Shown: in pieces, positions 9,597 through 20,119 of the stretch
Layout of the letters: every line of letters starts with the position of its first letter
Position numbering within the stretch: position 1 is the first letter of the stretch
From: Casimicrobiaceae bacterium
Lineage (GTDB): Bacteria > Pseudomonadota > Gammaproteobacteria > Burkholderiales > Casimicrobiaceae
NCBI GenBank assembly: GCA_036553845.1
Contig: DATBOK010000095.1
Span: forward strand, 1,644 to 65,643
Direction: 5' to 3'
Length of the DNA stretch: 64,000 bases
Program-made: the position numbers and the translations under genes
Notes under the pieces: model-generated
What the model saw: only the letters and a program-made list of their open reading frames with translations
Databases searched by the model: none
What the model was told of the DNA's origin: nothing

Positions 9597-10772
9597 TCAG
9601 GTCGCGGCGACGGCTTCTGTCGCTACGTGCGCGCCGCGGCGGACGGCGCCGCGAACGCCCGGTGCCATGGCGATCCGCACCGGCGCCACGGCCGTGCGCG
9701 CGGGTCGCGTGCGGGGCGGGCGCGCACAGCGCTCGAGAAGCGCAAGCGCGGTGCGCTCGGCCTTGCGCGGCGCCGCCTGCGAGGTCGGCGCGACGAGCGC
9801 GTGAAGCCGGCCGTCGCGCCACGCGTCGAACACCGCCGGATTGACGTAGGACTTGCGACACACCGCCGGCGTGTTGCGCAGGTCGGCGGCCACCTGCTTC
9901 AGGATCGCCACGATGCACGAGCGCGGCGCCGATTCGCCGCCGGTCTGCGGCAGCGGCGTTGCCGCGAGAAGCCGGATCGCGTGCAGCGTGGCGCCCCAGG
10001 TGCGGAAGTCCTTCGCAGTGAAATCGTCGCCCATCGCCTCGCGCAGATAGGCGTTGACGGCGTCGGAATCGATCGCGTGGCGAGTGCCGTCGTCGGCGAC
10101 GTACTGGAAGAGACGCTGGCCCGGCAGCTCGTGGCAGCGCCGAACCAGGCGCGCAAGACGGCGGTCGTCGATGACGATCTCGTGCGCAGTGCCACCCTTG
10201 CCGCGAAACGCCAGCACGAGGCGGCCGTCGCCGACGAATCGTGCGTGGCGATTGCGCAGCGTGGTGAGGCCGAAGCTGCCGTTGTCGCGCGCATAGGCCG
10301 CATTGCCGATGCGCACGCGCGTGGCGTCGAGCAGCGCCACCACCATCGCCAGCACCTTGTCGCGCGGCAGGCCGACCAGCGCGAGGTCGCGCGCGACGCG
10401 CCGCCGCATCCGCGCGAGAGCCCTGCCGAAATCCACCATGCGCAGGAACTTGGCGTCGTCACGCAGCGCGCGCCACGCGGCGTGGTAGCGGTACTGCTTG
10501 CGGCCGCGCGCATCGCGGCCGGTGGCCTGCAGGTGGCCGTCGGCGCGTGCGCAGATCCAGACGTCCTCGTAGGCAGGCGGGATCGCGAGCGCGGCGATGC
10601 GCGCCAGCGTGGCCTTGGCGCGCACCGGGCGGCCCTCGGCACTGCGGTAAGCGAAACCGTCCTCGCGGCGCAGGCGACGGATGCCCGGCGCAGCGTCGCT
10701 GACGTAGACCAGGCCGGCCGCCGCCGCCATGCGCGGTGCTGCCTCTGATTGCGCGGATTCGTTCGCTGGCAT
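9597..10772 (-). CDS. DNA topoisomerase IB (bacterial poxvirus-like type)
   Basis: IPPAYEDVWIC, GHLQATGRDARGRKQYRYH, RIGN, FRGKGG, FTAKDFRTW, and LRNTPAVCRKSY containing the catalytic Tyr. Confidence 0.93.
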   Translation of the reverse strand: MPANESAQSEAAPRMAAAAGLVYVSDAAPGIRRLRREDGFAYRSAEGRPVRAKATLARIAALAIPPAYEDVWICARADGHLQATGRDARGRKQYRYHAAWRALRDDAKFLRMVDFGRALARMRRRVARDLALVGLPRDKVLAMVVALLDATRVRIGNAAYARDNGSFGLTTLRNRHARFVGDGRLVLAFRGKGGTAHEIVIDDRRLARLVRRCHELPGQRLFQYVADDGTRHAIDSDAVNAYLREAMGDDFTAKDFRTWGATLHAIRLLAATPLPQTGGESAPRSCIVAILKQVAADLRNTPAVCRKSYVNPAVFDAWRDGRLHALVAPTSQAAPRKAERTALALLERCARPPRTRPARTAVAPVRIAMAPGVRGAVRRGAHVATEAVAAT

Positions 10773-10874
10773 GAAACGCTTCGCCTCGGGAGTGACTTTT
10801 GGGGCGAGTATCGGCGCGCGCAAGCGACCCTCACAGTCGGCGGGCGACGCGTTCGCGTGTAGGACTGCGCGCGG

Positions 10875-11693
10875 CTACAGCGGTGGCGCCAGGCGGCGCG
10901 CGCGCAACGGCGTGGCCAGCAGTCCGGTGAACGTCTGGAATCGCGCGCCCGCGAGCTGGCGCAGTCCGTATTCGCCGGGCGCGTCACCGGCGGGAGCGAC
11001 ATACGTGCCGAATACGCGGTCCCATACCGAGAACAGCGTGCCGAAATTGCGGTCGATGAGCGGCGCGTCCGGATCGTGATGCTGGCGGTGCACGGCGGGC
11101 GTCATCACCAGCCAGCGCAGCGATTCGACGGCGCGCGGAAACGCGGCATTCGTGTGCTGCGCGTAGAGCGCGGTGTTGACGACGATGGCGCGCACGATCT
11201 CGATCCAGTACGGCAGGCCGAGGGCGAGGTAGATCGCGAAGTACGGCACGAACTGCAGCGTCGTCTCCAGCGGATGGTGGCGCCATGCGGTCGTGGCGTC
11301 GACGTGCGGGTCGGAATGATGCACGCAGTGCAGGAGCCACAGCGGGCGCCAGCGGTGCGCGAGGCGGTGGAACGCGTACTCGTAGAGATCGACCACGACG
11401 AACGCCACCAGGATCTGCACGGCTACCGGCAGCGCCAGCGCCGCCGTGATGCCGCGCGGCGGGTCGAGCACGTGCGTGCCCGCGCGCAACAGCCATGTGC
11501 CGACCAGGAGATCGGTGATCGCGACGACCATCACGAGCATGCCGAAGTTCGCGAGCGCGTGGCGACGCCGTGCGGCGGGCGTCGCGAAAGCCCGCAATGG
11601 CGCGCCGGATTCCCATTGCCAGGCGAATGCGATGCCGCCGACCACGAGACCGAGGTAGATCGATGTGAGCAGCGACACACCGGCTGGCGTCAT
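10875..11693 (-). CDS. Sterol desaturase / fatty-acid hydroxylase superfamily membrane protein
   Basis: His boxes YAFHRLAHR, HCVHHS and HRQHH, plus NFGTLFSVWDRVFGT. Confidence 0.88.
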   Translation of the reverse strand: MTPAGVSLLTSIYLGLVVGGIAFAWQWESGAPLRAFATPAARRRHALANFGMLVMVVAITDLLVGTWLLRAGTHVLDPPRGITAALALPVAVQILVAFVVVDLYEYAFHRLAHRWRPLWLLHCVHHSDPHVDATTAWRHHPLETTLQFVPYFAIYLALGLPYWIEIVRAIVVNTALYAQHTNAAFPRAVESLRWLVMTPAVHRQHHDPDAPLIDRNFGTLFSVWDRVFGTYVAPAGDAPGEYGLRQLAGARFQTFTGLLATPLRARRLAPPL

Positions 11694-11801
11694 GGCGCGT
11701 CCGCCAGCCAGCGCGCGGGCGGGGCGCATGCCGCGACCGCGCCGCACCGGCGCAGATCCATCATGGGCCGGGCCTCGCGCCCGGCGCGAGAAGCGGGTGT
11801 C

Positions 11802-11984
11802 TTATTTGCGTTGGCGCCGGCGCAGCGACCATCCGGCGACGCCGGCGATCACGGCGATCAGCGCGCCAAGGCCGACTTCGTCGAGCGTGGGCACGGACGT
11901 GAAGAAATTGGCGGAATTGACGGCGACTCCGGCGAAAGCCGGTGCCGACAGGCCGGCGGCCAACAGCGCGAACAGGCGTTTCAT
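11802..11984 (-). CDS. 60-aa secreted microprotein with IPTL-CTERM-like sorting tail
   Basis: MKRLFALLAAGLSAPAFA signal peptide, then GVAVNSANFFTS, then VPTLDEVG + hydrophobic helix + RRRQRK. AAGGGAG RBS upstream. Confidence 0.75.
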   Translation of the reverse strand: MKRLFALLAAGLSAPAFAGVAVNSANFFTSVPTLDEVGLGALIAVIAGVAGWSLRRRQRK

Positions 11985-12075
11985 CGTTGCTCCCTTGGGC
12001 CAGACCAAACCGCTCGAGATTACACGCGCCGGGGTCCCTTGTCGATCGCGCACGCTTCCGCGATGATCCCCGGCC

Positions 12076-12873
12076 ATGGAGATCCTCGTCGACGGCTGTC
12101 GCGTCCACCTGTACACGGGCGCGCGCCCGTTCAGCCCGCAACGGCCCACCGTGGTGTTCGTGCATGGCGCGGCGCACGACCACAGCGTGTTCGCGCTGCA
12201 GTCGCGTTACTTCGCCTGGCACGGGCGCAACGTGCTGGCGGTCGACCTGCCCGGACACGGGCGATCCGGCGGCGGGCCGTTGCCGACGGTCGAGGCGATC
12301 GCCGACTGGCTCGCCGCGCTCGCCGCGGCCGCGGGTGTGGAGCGTGTCGCGTGGGTCGGCCATTCGATGGGGTCGCTCGCCGTGCTCGAGTGCGCGGCGC
12401 GCCATCCGCAATACGTGGAGCGCATCGCCCTGCTGGGACCCGCGGTGCCGATGGCGGTGAGCGAGGAGCTGCTCGCCGCCGCTGGCGACGACGAGGCGAC
12501 GGCGTTCGCGATGATCATCGCCTGGTCGTTCAATCCGGTGAACGCGCTCGCCGCGAATCCGTCGCCGGGCATGTGGATGACCGGCAATGCGCTGCGATTG
12601 CTGCAGCGCTCGCGGCCCGGCACGCTCGCCAACGACTTGCGCGCCTGCAACGACTATGCGCACGGGCTCGAGGCTGCGCGCGCCTGCCGTGCGCCCGCGC
12701 TGCTGGTGCTCGGGGAGCGCGACCTGATGGCACCGCCGAGGGCCACGCCGCCGCTCGTCGCGGCGCTGGCCGGCGCGCGCGTGGTGACGTTGCCCGCCAC
12801 CGGACACTCGATGATGCTCGAGGCGCCCGATGCCCTGCTCGACGCCCTCAAGGCGTTCCTGCCGGCACCATGA
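12076..12873 (+). CDS. Alpha/beta hydrolase
   Basis: VFVHGA oxyanion motif, DLPGHGRS, nucleophile GHSMG, Asp in GERDLM, His in TGHSM. Confidence 0.9.
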   Translation: MEILVDGCRVHLYTGARPFSPQRPTVVFVHGAAHDHSVFALQSRYFAWHGRNVLAVDLPGHGRSGGGPLPTVEAIADWLAALAAAAGVERVAWVGHSMGSLAVLECAARHPQYVERIALLGPAVPMAVSEELLAAAGDDEATAFAMIIAWSFNPVNALAANPSPGMWMTGNALRLLQRSRPGTLANDLRACNDYAHGLEAARACRAPALLVLGERDLMAPPRATPPLVAALAGARVVTLPATGHSMMLEAPDALLDALKAFLPAP

Positions 12874-13640
12874 CGGCGCCCCGGGATCCCGGCATGCAGG
12901 CGAGCGCGCCGCGCTTTCATGTCGCGGCGATCGAACTTCGCGCCGGCAGCGATATCGCGCTGCCCGACGCCGTCGCGCATCATGCGACGCGCGTGCTGCG
13001 CCTCGGTGCCGGCGACGCCTTGACGCTGTTCGACGGCCACGGCGGCGAGTACGCCGCGCGTCTGTCGCAGGTGGACCGCCGCGGCGCGCGCGCGGCGATC
13101 GAGCGCTTCGTCGCCATCGAACGTGAAGCCCCCGTCGTGGTGACGCTGGCGCCCTCGGTGCTCGCGGCCGACGCGATGGACGTCGCGTTGCGCAAGGCGG
13201 TGGAGCTCGGCGTCGCGCGCATCGAGCCCGTCGTCGCCACCCGCAGCCAGGGGGGCGCGCACGGCGCGCAGGCGCAGCGTCGCATCGCGCACTGGCGCCA
13301 GGTGGTGACCGGGGCGTGCGAGCAATGCGGACGCAATCGCGTGCCGCCGCTGGCCGATGCCGTGCCGCTCGACATCTGGCTCGCGGGCGCGGGCGCTGCC
13401 GACATCGTGCTGGTGCCGGGCGCACCGCATACGCTCCTGCAGCGCGTCGCGGACACGCCGGCACGCGCAATCGTCGTCGGCCCCGAAGGCGGATTCACCG
13501 AAGACGAGCTCGCCATCGCACGCCACCACGGCTTGCGCGCGGCGGCGCTCGGCGCCGCCGTCCTGCGCGCGGACACCGCGGCGATCGCCGCACTCGCCGT
13601 GGTGCAGGCGCTCGCCGGCGCGGCCACGCGCAAGGCCTAG
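12870..13640 (+). CDS. rsmE: 16S rRNA m3U1498 methyltransferase
   Basis: HHATRVLRL, KAVELGV, ACEQCGR, VGPEGGFT and LGAAVLRADTA. ATGA overlap with the upstream gene. Confidence 0.92.
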   Translation: MTAPRDPGMQASAPRFHVAAIELRAGSDIALPDAVAHHATRVLRLGAGDALTLFDGHGGEYAARLSQVDRRGARAAIERFVAIEREAPVVVTLAPSVLAADAMDVALRKAVELGVARIEPVVATRSQGGAHGAQAQRRIAHWRQVVTGACEQCGRNRVPPLADAVPLDIWLAGAGAADIVLVPGAPHTLLQRVADTPARAIVVGPEGGFTEDELAIARHHGLRAAALGAAVLRADTAAIAALAVVQALAGAATRKA

Positions 13641-13650
13641 CCGCGCGGGA

Positions 13651-13839
13651 TCAGGGCATCGATTTCGGACCCGGCGCGTGGCGCGCCTGCCACTGGCGCA
13701 GCGCTTCGCGCCAGCGATCCATCGCTTCCTCGTGGAGGTCGTAGACGCAGCGCTCGCAGCCGCCGCCGCAGCAGTCCGCGGGCTCGGGCGGTTCGGGCGC
13801 CGCGGGCTTGCGGTCGTCGTCGCTCGTGGTCCCGGCCAT
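13651..13839 (-). CDS. Stand-alone oxidoreductase-like N-terminal domain protein (Cys-rich, 62 aa)
   Basis: PEPPEPADCCGGGCERCVYD..W signature. Confidence 0.8.
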   Translation of the reverse strand: MAGTTSDDDRKPAAPEPPEPADCCGGGCERCVYDLHEEAMDRWREALRQWQARHAPGPKSMP

Positions 13840-13897
13840 CGACGACGATCGTAGACGCGGAGGACGACGTCGGCCGCGGCCGCGGACGCGCGTGCGC

Positions 13898-14350
13898 CTA
13901 GCCCGCGGCTGGTTTCGGAGGCTCGCCGGCGATCAGGATCGCGCAGCGCACGCGCTCGATCAGCAGCGCGTCGATGCGGCCGCGCCACCACCGCGCGGCG
14001 AACTTCTTGCTGCGGCGGTGGCCGACGACGAGCAGATCGATCGCCAGCGACTCGATGAGCTTGGCCAGCACGTCGACCGGCTCGCCGTCGAGGAGGTGGG
14101 TCGACACCGCGAAGCCGCGCGTGCGCAGCGCGGCCGCGGCGCGGTCGAGGTCCTGCTGCACGTCGTCGCGTTCCGAATCGAGCAACGGTTCCGGCACGAA
14201 TTCGCCGGGCAGCACGAACGCCGACGGGTCGTGGATCACGCAGGCGACGTGCACCTCGCGGCCGGCGACCGGCGTCAGGTGCGCGCATTCGTCGATGGCG
14301 AGGCGGCTCGCGTCGGAGCCGTCGTAAGCGACCAGGATGCGTTGATACAT
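13898..14350 (-). CDS. Universal stress protein (UspA family)
   Basis: MYQRILVAYDGSDAS start and DLLVVGHR. GGGGAG RBS. Confidence 0.88.
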   Translation of the reverse strand: MYQRILVAYDGSDASRLAIDECAHLTPVAGREVHVACVIHDPSAFVLPGEFVPEPLLDSERDDVQQDLDRAAAALRTRGFAVSTHLLDGEPVDVLAKLIESLAIDLLVVGHRRSKKFAARWWRGRIDALLIERVRCAILIAGEPPKPAAG

Positions 14351-14352
14351 GG

Positions 14353-15741
14353 CTATCTCCCCGTCGTGCGCGCGCTCCACGCGGCGGCAATGGCGACCGC
14401 GAACGCAGCGGCCACCAGTATGAAGCATTCGTGGAACGCGCGCGGTGCTTGCGCCGCGTCAAGCCCGTTGAGCCGGAACTGCAGGTAGACGGCGAGCAGG
14501 TTGACGCCGGCGGCGCCGCCCAATTGTCGCAGGAAATTCACGCCCGCCGCGCCCTGCGCGAGCTCGTTGCCGGCGAGCGCCTGCACGGCGCCGACGTTGA
14601 GCGCGGGAATCAGCAGGCCCAGACCCACGCGGCCGATCACGAGCCATGCCACGAACATCCACGCCGCCGTTTGCGCGCCGGTGAACGCGAAGAGCAGCGC
14701 GCTGACGGCGAACAGCACGAGACCGGCGATCATCACGAAGCGCGGCTCGGTGCGGTCGGTGATCCGGCCGCCGAGCGCCATCGACACTGCGAGCGCGAGT
14801 CCCGGAATCACCATCAGGCCGCCTGCGCCGGCAGCGGTGTAATGCGCGACGTCCTGCACGAACACCGGTATCAGGTAGGTCGTGCCGAAGAGGCCCGCGC
14901 CGTACGCCACCGCCACCACGGCCGACGCGCTGAACGTGCGGTGGCGGAAGAGGCGGAACGACAGCAGCGGCGCGCGCGTGCGCAGCTCGTGCAGCAAGAA
15001 TCCCGCCCATAGCGCCACAGCGACCGCGGCGAGCGCGAGCAGCGGAGCCGACGTCCAGCCATTGCGGCGCCCGACCACCGGCACGTTGAGCGCGGCGACG
15101 AGACCGAGCACCAGCAGCACGAATCCCGGCGTGTCGAACGGCGGGCGCTCGGCGCTGCGATGATCGACGAGGGTCCTGCGCGCAAGCGCGATGCCGACCA
15201 CGCAGAACGGCAGCGACAGCGCGAAGATCCAGCGCCAGCCGAAGGCGGTGACCAGCGCGCCGCCGAGGGCGGGGCCGATCGCGGGCCCGAGCACGATGCC
15301 GAAGCCGTAGATGCCCATCGCGCGCCCGCGCTCGTTGAGCGGAAACACGCGGAACAGCACGACCATCGCCAGCGGCTGCAGCAGGCCCGCCGCGGCGCCC
15401 TGCATCACCCGCGCGAACACGAGGCTGTCGATGTCCCACGCCAGCGCGCCGACGAGCGACCCCACGCCGAACACCGCGAGCGTGGCGATGTACGTCGTGC
15501 GCTCGCCGAAGGTGGCGAGCGCCCACGCGGTGGCGAGCATCGTCGCCGTCGTCGCGGCAAGGAATCCCGTCGCCACCCATTGCACGGTGTCGTGGCCGAC
15601 GTGCATCTCGGCGATCAGCGCCGGGAACGCGACGTTGACGATGGTCGCCGACAGCAGCGTCGACATCGTGCCGACCATCAGCGTGGCGACGATCCACGCG
15701 CGTTCGCGACCGGCGCGCGGCGTGGCTGCCGGCGTGGCCAT
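14353..15741 (-). CDS. DHA2 (EmrB/QacA-like) MFS efflux transporter
   Basis: TIVNVAFP, RVMQGAAAG, ERGRAMG and GPAIGPALGG, with ~14 hydrophobic segments. Confidence 0.88.
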   Translation of the reverse strand: MATPAATPRAGRERAWIVATLMVGTMSTLLSATIVNVAFPALIAEMHVGHDTVQWVATGFLAATTATMLATAWALATFGERTTYIATLAVFGVGSLVGALAWDIDSLVFARVMQGAAAGLLQPLAMVVLFRVFPLNERGRAMGIYGFGIVLGPAIGPALGGALVTAFGWRWIFALSLPFCVVGIALARRTLVDHRSAERPPFDTPGFVLLVLGLVAALNVPVVGRRNGWTSAPLLALAAVAVALWAGFLLHELRTRAPLLSFRLFRHRTFSASAVVAVAYGAGLFGTTYLIPVFVQDVAHYTAAGAGGLMVIPGLALAVSMALGGRITDRTEPRFVMIAGLVLFAVSALLFAFTGAQTAAWMFVAWLVIGRVGLGLLIPALNVGAVQALAGNELAQGAAGVNFLRQLGGAAGVNLLAVYLQFRLNGLDAAQAPRAFHECFILVAAAFAVAIAAAWSARTTGR

Positions 15742-15749
15742 CGCGGGCG

Positions 15750-16775
15750 CTAGGTGCCGGCGCGTGCGAGCGCGAGCGGTTTCGCGCAGAGGAGCAGCGC
15801 CGCGTCGGTAATGGCATCCCAGGCGTCGCCGCGCCCGAGCCCCTTGGCCAGCGCGTCGAGCGGTGCCAGACGCGCCACGAGCGCGTCGACCGCCACCGCC
15901 GGCAATCGCCGCACCGCGGTCTCCAGCGCCGGCTGGCGGCGGCCCCAGACCCGCGCGCCGCGCACGGCCGTCGCGGCCGACATGCCGTCGTCCATCGCCG
16001 CGCGCACAGCGGCGATCGCGTGCACGTCCTCGGCGAGCTGCCAGACGATCAGCGTCAGCGGCTCGCCTTCGTCGCGCAGCGCGGCGAGGATGCGCAGCGC
16101 GCGCGCGGCGTCACCGGCGAGCCACGCCTCGGACAGCGCGAACACGTCGAAGCGCGCGACGTCGGCCACGGCGGCCTCGACATCCTCCTGCGCCAGCGCG
16201 CCGGGCGGCAGGAGCAACGCCAGCTTGTCGATCTCCTGGCGCGCGGCGAGGAGGTTGCCCTCGCACAGGTCGGCGAGGAATTCGAGCGTGGCCGGCGATG
16301 CGCTCTGGCCCGCACGCGCGAGGCGCGCCCCGATCCAGCGCGGCAGCGCATCGCGCTCGATCGGCTGCACCGCGACCGTCACCGCGTCGCGCGTCAGCGC
16401 CGTGAACCACGCGCTCGCCTGCGTCGCGCGATCGAGGCGCGGCAGCGTCACCAGCGTGACGTTGTCGCGATTGAGCCTGCCCACGTAGGCCTCGAGCGCA
16501 GCGGCGCCTTCGACGCCCGGCTTGCCCGACGCGATCCGCAGGTCGACGAGCTTGCGGCTGGCGAAAAGACCGGCGCTGGCGTTGGCGGCGAGCAGCGCAT
16601 CCCACTTGAAGTGCTGCTCGACGATGAAGGTCTCGCGCTCCTCGCAGCCGGCGGCGCGCGCGGCGGCGCGCACGGCGTCGGCGGCCTCGAGCGCCAGCAG
16701 CGGCTCGTCGCCGTGGATCACGTACAGCGGAGCGATGCCCTTGGCGAGTTGTCGCGGCAGGTCGTCGGCACGCAT
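15750..16775 (-). CDS. holA: DNA polymerase III subunit delta
   Basis: LYVIHGDEPLL, SAGLFASRK, EGNLLAARQEIDKL and ARFDVF. Canonical leuS-lptE-holA context. Confidence 0.93.
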   Translation of the reverse strand: MRADDLPRQLAKGIAPLYVIHGDEPLLALEAADAVRAAARAAGCEERETFIVEQHFKWDALLAANASAGLFASRKLVDLRIASGKPGVEGAAALEAYVGRLNRDNVTLVTLPRLDRATQASAWFTALTRDAVTVAVQPIERDALPRWIGARLARAGQSASPATLEFLADLCEGNLLAARQEIDKLALLLPPGALAQEDVEAAVADVARFDVFALSEAWLAGDAARALRILAALRDEGEPLTLIVWQLAEDVHAIAAVRAAMDDGMSAATAVRGARVWGRRQPALETAVRRLPAVAVDALVARLAPLDALAKGLGRGDAWDAITDAALLLCAKPLALARAGT

Positions 16776-16787
16776 CGCGGCCGCGCT

Positions 16788-17327
16788 TCAGGCCGGCTTG
16801 CGTGCCGCCTGCAGCCTGCGCACGATCTGCTGCACGGCGTCGGCCTGCATTTCCTGCACCAGCCGGTTTTCCTCGATCTGCCGTGCCAGCCGCTCGGTGT
16901 CGTCGTAGAGGTACGTGCGGCGGATGATGATCTCGTCGGACGGCAGCCAGTCGTTGCCGGCGATGTCGTGCAGGCGGATCTGCACGCGCTTCTGCAGCGC
17001 GAATTCGCGCGCGCGGCCGCCGGGCGACAGCGACAGCACGTCCTTGTCGTCGACGACCAGCGTGATGTCGAGGATCACCTGCGCCTTCGTCGGGTCGTCG
17101 ACGAGCTTCGCGGTGCTGGCGTTCTCGAGCGCCTTGCGCAGGTCGGCGCCGAACGCGCCGGCGCCGGGCGCGTTGACGTAGATGGAATCGAAGTGATAGG
17201 TCGCCGCGCCGCGCAGGTGGAATCCGCATCCGGCCAGCGCGACGATCATGGCCGCGAGGAGGATGCGCGCGGCGCCACGCAGTCGCGCCGCGCCGGGCGA
17301 CGCCGGATGCAAGCTAGACCACCACAT
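16788..17327 (-). CDS. lptE: LPS assembly lipoprotein LptE (start uncertain)
   Basis: Lipobox LAGC followed by GFHLRG, and C-terminal [14 protein letters not shown]. Lies between leuS and holA. Confidence 0.9.
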   Translation of the reverse strand: MWWSSLHPASPGAARLRGAARILLAAMIVALAGCGFHLRGAATYHFDSIYVNAPGAGAFGADLRKALENASTAKLVDDPTKAQVILDITLVVDDKDVLSLSPGGRAREFALQKRVQIRLHDIAGNDWLPSDEIIIRRTYLYDDTERLARQIEENRLVQEMQADAVQQIVRRLQAARKPA

Positions 17328-19932
17328 TGACGAGCCTCCCGGGCACGACGATCACCTTGCGGATCGGCGCGCCCGCCGCGTGCTTGGCGACTTCGGCGCT
17401 GGCGCGGGCCGCGGCCTCGATCGCGGGCGTGCCCGCCGCGCTCGGCACGACGAGCTTGCCGCGCAGCTTGCCGTTGACCTGGAGCACGAGCTCGATCTCG
17501 TCCTGCGCCAGCGCCGCGGGGTCGGACTCGGGCCACGGCGCGTCGAGGAGATCGCCCATGCGCGCGGCGTAACCCAGGTCGCGCCACAGCGCCCAGGCCG
17601 TATGCGGCACCACCGGATAGAGCACGCGCAGCAGGATCGACAGTCCCTCGGCGATCACGCCGGCGCGCCCCGGCGCATGCGCGCCGAGCTCCTCCAGCGC
17701 GTTCAGCATCTTCATGCCGGCGGAGACGACGGTGTTGTACTGGATGCGCTCGTAGTCGTAGTTCGCCTGGCGCAGCGCCAGATGGATCTCGCGGCGGGTG
17801 GCCGCGGCCGCGCCGGCAGCCTTCGTCGCGACCGGCGGCGCCGCGGCGACCTCGCCCGCCTGCGCCTGGGCGAACGCCCACAGCCGGCGCAGGAAGCGGT
17901 GCGCGCCCTCGACGCCGTTGGCCGACCATTCGATCGTCTGCTCCGGGGGCGCGGCGAACATCACGAACATCCGCGCCGCGTCGGCGCCGTAACGGTCGAT
18001 CATGTCCTGCGGATCGACGCCGTTGAGTTTCGACTTCGACATCGTGCCGAGGCCGTCGTATTCCACCGGATCGCCATCGGCCTTCGAGCGCCCGCCGACG
18101 ACGTGGCCGTTGGCGTTGCGCTCCACCTCGACGTCGGCGAGCGGCACGTAGTCCTTGCCGCCCTTGTCGTTGCGGCGGAAGAACGCGTGGTCGAGCACCA
18201 TGCCCTGGGTGAGGAGCCGCGTGAACGGCTCGTCGTAGCCAATCATGCCCATGTCGCGCATCACCTTGGTCCAGAAGCGCGCGTACAGCAGGTGCAGGAT
18301 GGCGTGCGTGATGCCGCCGATGTACTGGTCCATCGGCATCCAGTAGGCGTCGCGACCGTCGATCATCGTCGCCGCACAGGGGCTCGTGTAGCGCATGAAA
18401 TACCACGACGAGTCGACGAACGTGTCCATCGTATCGGTCTCGCGCTGCGCCGGACCCTTGCACTTCGGGCACGTGGTCGCGATGAAATCGGCGCGCCTGG
18501 CGAGCGGGTTGCCGCCGCCGTCGGGCACGCAATCCTCGGGCAGCACCACCGGCAATTCGGCGTCCGGCACCGGCACGTCGCCGCACGCCGGGCAGTGCAC
18601 GATGGGAATCGGCGTGCCCCAGTAGCGCTGGCGCGAGATTCCCCAGTCGCGCAGGCGAAACGCCGTGCGCTTCTCGCCGACGCCCGCGGCGGCGAGGTCG
18701 GCGGCGATGGCGTCGACCGCCGCGTCGTAGGCGAGGCCGTCGTACTTGCCGGAATTGACCACGCGACCGGACGCCTTGTCGTCATACCACGGCTGCCAAT
18801 GCTCGTAGTCGTAGTCGTGGCCCGCAACCTCGATCACCGGCAGGATGCGCAGCCCGTACTTTCTGGCGAACTCGAAGTCGCGCTCGTCGTGCGCGGGAAC
18901 GCCCATCACCGCGCCTTCGCCGTACGTCATCAGCACGTAGTTGCCGACCCACACCTCGACCTCGGTGCCGGACAGCGGGTGCACGACGTAGAGGCCGGTC
19001 GGCACGCCTTTCTTCTCCATCGTCGCAAGGTCGGCCTCCATGACGCTCGAGCGCCGCGCCTCCTCGACGAACTCGCGCACGTGGGGGCTGCGCCACGCCG
19101 CCAGCGCCGCCAGCGGGTGCTCCGGCGCCACCGCGCAGAACGTGACGCCCATGATCGTGTCCGCGCGCGTGGTGAACACCCACAGCTTGCCTTCGTCGAC
19201 CAGATGGCCGTCGGCGTCGCGCAGGTCGTGCGCGAACGCGAAGCGCACGCCCACGCTGCGCCCGATCCAGTTGTGCTGCATCAGCTTCACGCGCTCGGGC
19301 CATCCGGGCATCTTGTCGAGGTACGCGAGCAGCTCGTCCGCGTACTGCGTGATGCGCAGGTAGTACATCGGGATCTCGCGCTTTTCCACCGGCGCCCCGG
19401 AGCGCCAGCCGCGGCCCTCGATCACCTGCTCGTTGGCGAGCACCGTCTGGTCGACCGGATCCCAATTGACGACGCCGGTCTTCTTGTAGGCGATGCCCTT
19501 TTCGTACATGCGCAGGAACATCCACTGGTTCCAGCGGTAGTACGCCGGATCGCAGGTGGCGAACTCGCGCGACCAGTCGATCGCGAAGCCCATCGCGCAG
19601 AGCTGCGCCTTCATGTAGGCGATGTTGTCGCGGGTCCACTTCGCCGGCGCCTCGCCGCTCTTCATCGCGGCGTTCTCCGCCGGCAGCCCGAACGCGTCCC
19701 ACCCCATCGGCATCAGCACGTTGTGCCCGCGCATCCGCATGTGGCGGTACATGACGTCGTTGATCGTGTAGTTGCGCACGTGCCCCATGTGCAGCTTGCC
19801 GGACGGGTAGGGCAGCATCGACACGCAGTAATACTTCGGCGCCCCCGGCTTCTCGCGCGCGCGGTAGGCGTCGGCCGCCGTCCAGGCGTCGCGGGCGGTC
19901 TTCTCGATGTCGCGGGGTGAAAAGGGCGTCAT
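17314..19932 (-). CDS. leuS: Leucine--tRNA ligase
   Basis: [11 protein letters not shown] (HIGH), TMSKSK (KMSKS), [15 protein letters not shown], and C-terminal [13 protein letters not shown]. Confidence 0.97.
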   Translation of the reverse strand: MTPFSPRDIEKTARDAWTAADAYRAREKPGAPKYYCVSMLPYPSGKLHMGHVRNYTINDVMYRHMRMRGHNVLMPMGWDAFGLPAENAAMKSGEAPAKWTRDNIAYMKAQLCAMGFAIDWSREFATCDPAYYRWNQWMFLRMYEKGIAYKKTGVVNWDPVDQTVLANEQVIEGRGWRSGAPVEKREIPMYYLRITQYADELLAYLDKMPGWPERVKLMQHNWIGRSVGVRFAFAHDLRDADGHLVDEGKLWVFTTRADTIMGVTFCAVAPEHPLAALAAWRSPHVREFVEEARRSSVMEADLATMEKKGVPTGLYVVHPLSGTEVEVWVGNYVLMTYGEGAVMGVPAHDERDFEFARKYGLRILPVIEVAGHDYDYEHWQPWYDDKASGRVVNSGKYDGLAYDAAVDAIAADLAAAGVGEKRTAFRLRDWGISRQRYWGTPIPIVHCPACGDVPVPDAELPVVLPEDCVPDGGGNPLARRADFIATTCPKCKGPAQRETDTMDTFVDSSWYFMRYTSPCAATMIDGRDAYWMPMDQYIGGITHAILHLLYARFWTKVMRDMGMIGYDEPFTRLLTQGMVLDHAFFRRNDKGGKDYVPLADVEVERNANGHVVGGRSKADGDPVEYDGLGTMSKSKLNGVDPQDMIDRYGADAARMFVMFAAPPEQTIEWSANGVEGAHRFLRRLWAFAQAQAGEVAAAPPVATKAAGAAAATRREIHLALRQANYDYERIQYNTVVSAGMKMLNALEELGAHAPGRAGVIAEGLSILLRVLYPVVPHTAWALWRDLGYAARMGDLLDAPWPESDPAALAQDEIELVLQVNGKLRGKLVVPSAAGTPAIEAAARASAEVAKHAAGAPIRKVIVVPGRLVNVVV

Positions 19933-19984
19933 GGCGCGCGGCCGGCATGCGCGACCGGCGACGAATGGAAATGCGGGGGTGTCG

Positions 19985-19990
19985 ATTATA
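19985..19990 (-). promoter_or_regulatory. Probable -10 element of the leuS-lptE-holA promoter
   Basis: Perfect TATAAT on the minus strand ~53 nt upstream of the leuS start, in a ~70% GC context. Confidence 0.55.
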
Positions 19991-20119
19991 CCGGGGCGTC
20001 GCGGCGAGCCCCCGGGCACGCCCCGGGACGCGCCGCGCGACGGCACCCTCCGATAATGATGTAAGCGCACTGTCAGGGAGGCGCCGAATCCATTATTCTT
20101 GCACGGGGAGGCAAGGGTG

